Positions 1 to 9,768 of a stretch of DNA of 64,000 bases are shown here, piece after piece. The DNA lies in assembly GCA_965153355.1 (NCBI GenBank), contig OZ231126.1:46252001-46316000 (forward strand). Direction: 5' to 3'. This DNA is from Flaccisagitta enflata (taxonomy: Eukaryota). The first letter of the stretch is position 1. Every line of letters begins with the position of its first letter. Both the position numbers and the translations under genes were made by a program. The notes under the pieces were generated by a model. That model saw only the letters and a program-made list of their open reading frames with translations, was not told the origin of the DNA and searched no databases.

Positions 1-1572
1 CCCCAAAGACAAACCAAAAAACCCATTCTGGGGACCCCAAGAACTATCATCTAGAATGTCTTGGCTACACAAAACAATATCAGACTAAATCATTTGAAGG
101 CAAAATTTGGGAAAAAGTCACTTTTTATGCAAAATCAAGCATTTTTGGCCATATTTGGCACTTTCATGGTTCATACAGCTTCCAAAACTTTAGAAAATAT
201 CTAAAAAGTGTAAGATTAGCTAATGTGTAACTAGTTTTACCTTTTCAAGCTAGTTTGGATGGATATTTTAAAGATTAGAGCAAAAAAAATCACTTAAAAC
301 CAGAAAATTGAGTTTTTTTCAGCATTCTTTTGCCTAAAATCATTCAAGCTACATCAATAAGCCTGTAAACTATAAAAAGTCATCCAAGGATTGCACATGG
401 TCAGCGGTACCTGATGCCCCACTTGGAGTGAGAGTGGAGTGAGAGCAGGGCAGCGGCCCTAAAGGGCCGATGTCCTGTAGGACACAGGGGTAAATTTTTA
501 AACGTCTTGAGAGGGCATATTTGATGCCTTTGGAGCAATCTTCCATGATATTCAATGGAGGTTTTGCATTTTGTTTCAATTTGCCATGTTATTCAATGGG
601 AATTTCACATTTCATTCATTTTTCTTCAATTATCCATGTTATTCAATGGGAAGTTTGCATTTTGTCAATTTTCCATGTTATTCAATGGGAATTTGAGGCT
701 TGAAAACCTTCGGGGGGGGGGACGTATGGACAGACGTACGTAATGGTTCACCCCTGTGTCCTACAGGACATCGGTCCTTTAGGGCCGCTGCCCAAAAAGT
801 GTGTGGGAACAGTTGAAATTTATATGGTTTTGCCATTTTAAGTAAGTTTGAAGAAACACTTAACTCTCAAAAGCTAAAAAAATGACTTAAAAACTATAAA
901 TTTAAATTTTTTTTTAGTATTTTCAGGCTGAAATGTTATCAATCCTTCAAAACTATTTCATGCAAGTAAAATATATATATTACATACAGTAAAGTATATA
1001 AACATACATTTCACTATTACATATATTCTTATGTATATGTCAATATTCTGTATTTTTGAATATATCTAAAATCAGATTAAATCTTCGAAAAAATATTATT
1101 TCATTTGTTTTTTTTTTCATTTTTAAATTTTTCAGTGATATCTCTATTAAACACTTTACCCTCCTGAAGAGTCGAAAAAAATTCTTGTTTTTACTTTTGG
1201 GGCCATGCAGAGAGGGGTGTATGGATGACCGACATGGTAGCAAAAGAATGCTAAAAAATGTGGGTTTTAAATGATTTTTTTTGCTGTAATCTTTGAGATA
1301 TCCATCCAAACTAGCTTGAAAAGGTAAAACCAGTCACACACACATCAGCTATTCTTACACTTTTTAGATATTTTCTTTAGTTTTGGAAGCTGTATGAACC
1401 CTGAAAGTACTAAATAAGGCAAAAAATGCTTAATTTTTGCATAAAAAGTGACGTTTTTCCCAAATTTTGCCTTTAAATGATTTAGTCTGATGTTGTTTTG
1501 TGTAGCCAAGACATCCTAGATGATAGTTCTTGGGGTCCCCAAAATGGGTTTTTTGGTTTTTCTTTGGGGGGC
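1..1572. mobile_element. Foldback/MITE-like non-autonomous DNA element with ~340-bp terminal inverted repeats; left end at or just beyond the window edge
   Basis: 1-~340 is the reverse complement of ~1240-1572 (CCCCAAAGACAAACCAAAAA... vs ...TTTTGGTTTTTCTTTGGGGGG). No coding capacity. A family-B element sits inside at ~375-798. Confidence 0.8.
375..798 (+). mobile_element. Interspersed repeat family B (Helentron/DINE-like non-autonomous element), copy with an AT-rich internal tandem array
   Basis: Subterminal inverted repeats GGGCAGCGGCCCTAAAGGGCCGATGTCCTGTAGGACACAGGGG (448-490) and its reverse complement (~750-793). Internal repeats of TTCCATGTTATTCAATGGG. A related copy lies at ~30065-30427. 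Confidence 0.7.
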
Positions 1573-1907
1573 TATCCAGAATCCAAAATCAAAAAAAGAA
1601 TTCAATTTGAATTTTTTATAAATAAATCTTTAAAATTTCATAACACAAGAAACATTTGTCGTAGAGCATACTGCTTGGCGCCAAATGAAAGAGAATTATA
1701 AAATTTATTTAGCCTATTAATTTCATCGGATGAGATTCACAACTTTCCCATAAGAAAATGAAAACCCTGTTTTTCTCAAATATGTCAAAAGTCAAAGACT
1801 GACTTCGACTTCTTTCCTGACAATAACTTAAAATGACTAAGAATGACTTAGAATGACTTTGAATGACTAAAAATGACCTAAGATGACTAAGAATAACTAA
1901 AAGTAAT

Positions 1908-2401
1908 AAACAGGTCGCCCAAGGGCAATACGTGGTCAGCGATACCCGTTGCCCTGCTTTGCATGGTTGAAAATCGGAATGAGAGGCAGGGCAGCGGCCC
2001 CGAAGGGGACGAACTCCTGTAGAACACAGGGGACTTTTGTTCGTTCGTTTGTCCATCCGTCTGTCCGTCCGTTCCCCCAGGCCCTCTCAGGCCTGATATC
2101 TGGCCTTTCAGACCTAAAATCTGCCCTCTCAGGCCTGAAATCTAGCCTCTCAGGCCTTGAATCTGCGAGGGCAGATCTAAGGCCTGAGAGGACAGATTTC
2201 AGGCCTGAGAGGGCAGATTCAAGGCCTGAGAGGGCAGATTTCAGGTCTGAGAGGGCAGATTTTAGGCCTGAGAGGTCAGATTTCAGGCCTGAGAGGGCCT
2301 GGGGGGGACGAACGGACGAACAAACGAACGAACAAACAAACAAATGAAAGTCCCCTGTGTTCTACAGGACTTTGTCCCCTTCGGGGCCGCTGCCCAAAAA
2401 A
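1908..2401 (+). mobile_element. Interspersed repeat family B copy with an inverted 21-bp minisatellite
   Basis: 5' GCCCAAGGGC hairpin, ~45-bp subterminal inverted repeats, (GTCC/GTTC)n stretches, and a 21-bp AGGCCTGAAATCTGCCCTCTC array that flips orientation near 2165. Nearly identical architecture at 52456-53084. Confidence 0.75.
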
Positions 2402-2976
2402 GTAGAGTTTGACGGACGGACTGACGGACGGATGGACAGACAAAGCAGGTTGTAGAGTCGCGTGCACGCGACTAAAAAACGCAAGATTCCGATGTTTTTA
2501 ATAAATCTTTACCAATAGACCAGCGGACAGCCTAAATTATAGAGATGCGAGGATGCATCTAAAAAGCATCAATATTGATGGATTGACTTAAATAAAAGAG
2601 TACGTTTGCCCTTGTGTGATTGATATGAGCCTTGTAAAAATGTCGCAGCCAGACATACCTGAAAACGAAAATCATTGGGGTGACGATCAATCGTAATTGC
2701 CAAAATGTGAGCAACCAAAAGTAAAAAGGTCCGTGACCTTGAATTGGGAGAATTCCCACTCGGGCGCAGACAAGAAGAAGCAATGCAGTCATCTGAGTAG
2801 AAAAATGGATTGTTCAGTTGATATCAACATCCTGAGGCTTTTTGACACATTCCCGAGAAACATGGTTTTCATTTTCTTAAAAGAAAGTTTCGGAACTCGA
2901 TCAAACAAATGAGCCCTCATACGATTGCGTAAATGAATTTGAAAAATTCTCCTTTTTTGGCTCCTAAGCTATAAGC

Positions 2977-4423
2977 TTGACGGTATGTTTTCCCCCTCGT
3001 GTGCTCAAAACCCATGTACCCGATCGTTTTTGATTATTCTTATATTATTACTACCTAGAACTAAAGAGATTTAGGATTTTTGATCCATTTTAGGGACCGC
3101 AAGTTCCATTTATTTATCACCACTCCAAGGTGGTTGTGGTGAAAATGTTGAAATTTGGTCACTTTGGGCTAAAAATCGGGCCACTTTGGTTTGGAAATTT
3201 GACCCGAAATCTGTGAGATTATGAAACTAGAGCTCAAGAGCTAACCAGTGGTGCAATCCGCATGTTGCTATCATTTTTTGTTAAGATTTGAGAGCTTTTC
3301 AAATATGGAAGGGTATGAGGGTTATTTTACCAATTGATTTTAGTGGTCAATTTTGACATTTTTTACAATTTTTGATATATTTCCGCTTTGGATGGACAAA
3401 TCTGGATGAAATTGGTGTCCAAATTGAAGAGTTTTTGATACTCTAGATGAATCTGGTAAAATTTTGGATCGATATGACCCTCTACAAGCAGGTTCCAAAA
3501 AAGTGATTTTTTTCGCCATTTTGGCTACTTTGGTCAAAAAATTTGGACACTTCTGAGATAGAAAATGACAAAAAATCAGTGGGTAAATTAAACTACTGCT
3601 CAAGATCTAACCAATGGTGCAATCGGCATGTCAATAGGTTAAAGCATATAGATTTGGCAAAGCTTCAAAGATCAGTGGGTATAATAAAATGACATTTTTT
3701 GGTCATTATGAGCCTAAAAGCTCTGCCAAATCTATATGCTTCAACATAACAACATGCCGATTGCACCATTTGTTAGATCTTGAACAGTAGTTTAATTTGC
3801 CCACTGATTTTTTGTCATTTTCTATCTCGGAAGTGCCCAAATTTTTTGACCAAAGTGGCCAAAATGGCGAAAAAAATCAATTTTCAGCACCTGCTTTTAG
3901 AGTCTCCCAAAAATTTTTAGGGTCATATTGATCAAAAATTTTTCTAGATTCAGTTAGAGCATCAAAAACTCTTCAATTTGGTCACCAATTTCATCCAGAT
4001 TTGTCTATCCAAAGTGAAGATATAACAAAAAATGTAAAAAACGTCAAAATTGACCACAAAATTCAATTGGTAAAATAACCCTCATACCCTTCCATCTTTG
4101 AAAAGCTCTCAAATCTTAACAAAAAATGATGGCAACATGAAGATTGCACCACTGGTTAGCTCTTGAGCTCTAGTTTCATAATCTCACAGATTTCGGGTCA
4201 AATTTCCAAACCAAAGTGGCCCAATTTTGAGCCCAAAGTGACCAAATTTCAACATTTTCACCACAACCACCTTGGAGTGGTGATAAATAAATGGAACTCG
4301 CGGTCCCTAAAATGGATCAAAAATCCCAAATCTCTTTAGTTCTAGGTAGTAATATTATAAAAGTAATCAAAAACGATCGGGTACATGGGTTTTGAGCACA
4401 TGAGGGGCAAAACATACCGTCAA
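2977..4423. mobile_element. Near-perfect 1.45-kb foldback element
   Basis: Arms 2977-~3665 and ~3718-4423 are reverse complements (TTGACGGTATG...CATACCGTCAA). The element is flanked by the direct repeat CTATAAGC (2969-2976, 4424-4431) and interrupts a family-D repeat. Confidence 0.85.
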
Positions 4424-5975
4424 CTATAAGCAGAATGCTCTAAGACAAATATTTTTCGAGTTACGATTTTTTATAGCTTTTTTATGAAAAATTCAAATTG
4501 AATTTTTGTCAATTTTTTATGATTTTAAATAGGATCAATGAAGGAGTGTACTAATGTTTGTTTGAGCATGTTTACGAGTATAGCTGCTCATCTGTTTGAG
4601 TGTTTTTTAGTATTCAAGCTCATTTAGCTCAATCTTTTTCTCCTCTGATTTTAAATGCAATAGATAAATAAACAAATGTTTTGATACACGTTTGAGCATA
4701 CAATACAAATACAATAAAGCATGATAGTGAGCGTGGCTGGTCATCTGTGTGAGTGATCTTGCGTATTCTATCTCATCTTGGTCATTTGACTCTAGTTTTC
4801 TCTGATTTTCAGTGCAATCAATACATACAATTGCTCTTGATTTCATCTAACTAAATAAATTTGCATTGTTTTATTATAAAAGGTTGGTGGATTTAGCCGT
4901 TAGCCGTCATTACTGCTACTTGCACTTATTAATTTACATGCAAATGTGATCACATCAAGCCTGATCGATGATCCTCATCCTCACATGATCACAAGCCACT
5001 CCCCGATCCCCTCCACCTCCCTTCACACGGCCCTCTTCTAGGAGAAAACCTAATTTTCGGTCTCACCTCTATTGATCTTAACTTTTTTAAAAAGATCATT
5101 AGGAGAAACCGTAAAGAAAAGATTTGAACTTCGTCATTTTTTATCGTCTCCTTCATGAATACATGTATCAGTCCTCTTTTTAATAACGATTCGTCCACTC
5201 TCAGAAAATTCCCAAAATCTACCTCCTCAACGAAAGTTCCCATCTTTTGTTTATCTCGAGTGGAGGGTCAGGGAGGGAAAGGGGAGAGCTAAAAGAAAGA
5301 ACAAGTGACGCGGGGTCACAATATCGTTGCAGGCGGGTGGGTAGAGGCATACAATCCCCATCCATAACCCTCCGACCGACAGACAAACCGACGAACGAAC
5401 GGACGGATGGACAAAGCCTCAAAGTAGAGTTGCGTGTCTGCAACGAAATAGAGAAAGTGAAAGAGAAAGCGTATTCCTTGACCTTGTCAAAGAGTTACAA
5501 ACTTAGCAGCGGACGAGCCAATTCATTCGAGCTAAGGTGCGTGTACAAGAAAACGAAATTCTTTCCTGGGAAATATGATAAAATCTCTACCAACAACTGG
5601 TGTTTACGAGCTTTCCGTCCTTATCAAACAATCAAGGCAAATCAATACTGGCTCACGCAGCGCACTTTGACAAAAAAAAACAAAATTTCACCCCATCTCG
5701 GGTTGAAAATTGTTTAACAGGGGTAACCATGGGCAAAAAAAAAAATCGTACATCGCTTATTTCTACCATACCTTGGTGCTACTTTTGAGAAAGTACATAA
5801 GATATATGACCATTCTGAAGAGCTTCAAAAAATCTTTTATTTGAGTCGTTGAACGAAATTCTAACTTGAAAATTATAGAAGTTATGTTAATTTGAAAAAA
5901 AGTATCAAATAGAAATCGGCCAGATATGACGATTTTTTTCAAATTGAATTCATGGACTAAATGACTTTGTTTTAC

Positions 5976-6810
5976 CAGTAATGGCGGCTGTCGCCGTGAG
6001 GAAAAAAGTCGTAAGCTTTGGTCACTTTTCACCAAGCTTTTGTCTTTAGTCACTGCAAATTTTTTGTTCTTTTAGATCAAATCAAGAGCAATTGTATGTA
6101 TTGATTGCACTGAAAATCAGAGAAAAATAGGACTGAGCCAAATGAGCTAGATGAGCTAAAATGCTCAAAATCACTCAACCAGACAATCAGCTATGCTCAC
6201 TGACATGCTTTTTTGTATTTACATGCTCCCATCAAAACATTTATTTATCCCATTAAAAATAAAAAAAACTGAGCTAAATAAGCTAAGTGAGCTAAAATGC
6301 TTAAAAACACCCTCACAGATGAGCAGTTATGCTCACTGATATGCTTTTTTGTATCTGCTTTCTTAAACATATATCAAAACACTATTTATTTATCACATTT
6401 AAAATAAAAAAAACTGAGCTAAATGAGCTAAATGAGCTAGAATCCTCCAAAACACCCTCACAGATGAGCAGCTATACTCATAAACATGTTTTCTTGTATT
6501 TGCATGCTCAAACAAACATAAATACACTCTTTTTTTGATCCTACTCAATATCATAAAAAATCGAAAAAAATTCAATTCACAATTTTTATAAATAAATCTT
6601 TAAAAAATCATAGCGCGAAAAATATTTGTCGTAGAGCATTCTGCTTGGCGCCAAATGAAAGAGAATTATTAAATTTACTTACCCTATCAATTTCATTGGA
6701 GGGCCCATTCGCTCGGTGGAGATTCCCAACTTTCCCATAAGAAAATGAAAACCCTGTTTCTCTCGAATATGTCAAAAAGTCGAAGACTGACTTCGACTTT
6801 TTTCCCGATT
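5976..6810 (+). mobile_element. Interspersed repeat family D (~830 bp) with internal ~120-bp tandem units and a 3' hairpin
   Basis: Starts CAGTAATGGCGGC and ends at the hairpin AAAAGTCGAAGACTGACTTCGACTTTT. Reverse-orientation copies at ~13255-14101 and ~2835-4915 (interrupted), and a partial copy at ~1575-1815. Confidence 0.7.
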
Positions 6811-7749
6811 ACCATTTCTAAACGAATCGACTTTAAAAGGTCTGCTTGGCGCCATTTTGTAGATAATAAGTTATATTTTCATTTTCTCTTAAATTTTTTT
6901 TAGTTTCCTTTTGTCAGATATGATTTTCATGCTTTGAAAGACAGAACTAAAAGTACAGAATCCCTTGCATTGAGAAGTCATGGTGATGCTCACTTCAAAC
7001 TGTTGCCATTTCCAAACGAATTGAGCTACAACTTTCTGCTTGGTCAAGATTTGAAGAACTTTTGAATATCTTTCAAATGGTCACCAATTTTTTGTATTTT
7101 CATTGAAAGCAAGCCGGTTAAAAGCATCAAAAACCGCCATGTACGGTTTTTTTTTCTTTGTACATGGTTAGATATAGCGTGGGAAAAAAATCAAGGCCAG
7201 ATACACGGCTACTGCAGTTGCATGCCAGTGAGCAGGGGCAGTGATAGAAAAGGTCACTAAGGCATTTGGGCAGGAGTGGTAAGTTCAAAAAACTCAAGAA
7301 CGCGAAAAAAGCAAAAAGGGGACCAACCAACCAACCAACAGACGAAGCGGGGTGTAGATTCGCGTAGCACGCGACTTATAAAACACAGTAAAAGGTTCCA
7401 AAAATGAAAAAAAAATAGCTGAATGCAGAAAAGAAGAAGGAAAAATTTAAAGAGATTGGATTTTGAACTCTTAGCACTCATTATATTATCTCATTACCAC
7501 AACACCTTTTCACACAGCCTAAATATATATCTTAGCCTATAAATAAAATTAAAACATTTTTCTGCTTAACAGAGAAAAAAGTCTAAGAGGAGGGAGGGGG
7601 GAAGGTAAGATTCAAAAGCCGCCCAACTGTATACATCCCTGTCATTCAAGTTACTTCGATTAAAAGATGGACTTTAACCCCGACAATTTTTTCTTCTTTC
7701 ATTCGAACAAAACACTCCCTCGGTGGAAATTCCAAAGAAGCCAAGAAAA

Positions 7750-8896
7750 ATGGAGATTACTTCGTTCCAAGACACCGCCATCCGCTCATCTCAGTTAGAA
7801 GAGTACGACGAAAAGGAATTGACTACCTCGCAATATGCAGACAACGTCGCCGACTCCATCGCCAACTGCTTCATCAAAGTACTCGACGATCGGATTGATT
7901 ACCGAGGCCGCGCCATAAGACACGGCTCATTCACGCGCCAAACAAACCTGGCCAAACCGGGGATCAGCGACGTCGATGTTCTTTGTTTTATCGGCGAAGG
8001 ATATGGATACGATATCCACACTCTCAGCGACTTTGAACAAGTCAGAGAAGACGCGCTGGTTGATATAAAAAATCACTTGCTGCAAAACCTCGATTCTCAC
8101 TTTTATGAAGTCAATCTTCATCAATTCTGGCCGAGATTGTGCGTCAGTTTCCTCGTCAAAACTGGCTATCGCGCCCGCACTCCTTGGAAAGTCGATGTCA
8201 TCATCGCTTTCGAAGGAGTGAATCACAATGGCATCCTGAGGGAAATGCGCTCCTTGAGCCGCACCGAAGCCAACCACAATGCCAACGCGTTGAGCATCCA
8301 ACGGAACGACCTTATCAGTCGATATCTCGACGATTGCCCGCGACTCAGGTAAAGAGACAATATAATTTTCCGATTAACGCCCTGGTAATGTGATTCATCC
8401 GTTAATTTTGTCTCATAATTCTCGACCAGAACTAACTCATAACTCGCCAAATCCGAACAGGAAACTCATCCGTTTGGTGAAGCACTTCAATACAGAAATT
8501 TCCATGTCGCGGATCAACTGCCGGAAGGAAATTGCCGGGTTCGTTTTCGAGGTGATGATTGTGATTCTCTACGCCAACGGGGACATTCCCGAAAACTTTG
8601 CAATGAACCGCGCCCTGTGTACATGTCTCGAAACGATCGCCTTTTGCGAAAACGACATCTATCTGCAGTCCGATGTCGCTAAGGTCCATCCGGAGTACCC
8701 CTGTGGCGACGACTTGGATCGCCTAGAGCAGAATTGCGAACCTTCAAATGGGCTCGTCGTTCTGGATCCAGTGGCGCCGTCCCTTAACATCGCTAGAAAT
8801 AAGAAGACCGGGAAGGCATGGGCCATCTTGCGGCAAGATGCCGAAAGCGTCTATTATCATCTAAAACGCAATGGAGTTGCACCTTATCGCAATTAA
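7750..8896 (+). CDS. 2'-5'-oligoadenylate synthetase (OAS)-like nucleotidyltransferase, 344 aa; exons 7750-8348 and 8461-8896
   Basis: Motifs HGSFTRQT..SDVD (pol-beta hG[S]x9-13DhD type), third acidic residue in KVDVIIA, LIRLVKHF, FVFEVM and VVLDPVAPSLN match OAS signatures. The 112-nt phase-2 intron (GTAAAG...CTAAC...AACAG) joins the two ORFs in frame (PRLR-KLIRLVKH). Confidence 0.88.
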
Positions 8897-9768
8897 AGTC
8901 TGGCTTTTCTGGGGCTCTTTCAACGTCAGCCGTCACTTGAGTCTTGATACCAAGGCATATTCTATCATAATGAGATAGGTAGTTGTATTTGTTCACCGCA
9001 ATCGTTGGTGACATTTCCGACTAAGTTTCATCTTTTATCCGTAATTTTCCTATAAATTCGCGGCTTTCTAGTTTTGCTCATGATGATGAATACTGAAGAC
9101 ATGATTTCAGTCGCTCTTGTACTTGTGATTTTCACGTCGCCTCTGACAGATGCTCACTATATTAGAAGTTTGTTTTCCCGCAATTCATGAATAAGCAGTT
9201 GGCTTGTCTGAATTTTTCGATTCATATTTTTATTGGCACAGAATGATCCAAGCTTGTTTAACCTACTTATTTACTTGATTCAGTAAGAAGACAGATCGCA
9301 CGATTTTGAAAGAGTCGCAACGGACTAACCTTCCTGAAGAGATGACGCATCTAAAATGAAATAGTCATTATCTTAATGATGGAATAAAGACTTCACAAAT
9401 AGGTTCACATACATGTATTTCATAGTAGAAAGCCTGAATTTTCTAGCATTTTGGCAGACTCATAATTCATAGACAAAGAAGACAGAGAGAGACGTAGCAT
9501 TGCTAGCGCAGCGTGTGTTTATGATTGAAATAAAGCTCCCCTTATGGTTGCAGCAGACAACGATCTGACACGACATTGACAGGAGTCTTACACAAAAAGA
9601 TCCAAAGGCATGGCCCAATGTGGTAGATTGCATGGCCTCTCTGGAAATCAGATGCCGCATTCATGCTCATCTCGCCCGGGTAGAATCCCCCGGTTAACAA
9701 CAACAACACAGAGAGAGAGAGAGAGAGAGAGAGACAAATTTATAGGGGTCATTATTAAAAGCGTCCAC

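Noticed and set aside
1936-2347. Heptad-repeat ORFs (SGLKSAL)n / (RPERADF)n, also at 52477-53141
   Set aside because: Artefact of a 21-bp minisatellite inside a dispersed repeat, open on both strands.
7723-8896. Bacterial CBASS CD-NTase, contamination, or two separate genes
   Set aside because: A canonical phase-compatible spliceosomal intron joins the two ORFs, the flanks are host repeats, and there is no operon or effector gene.
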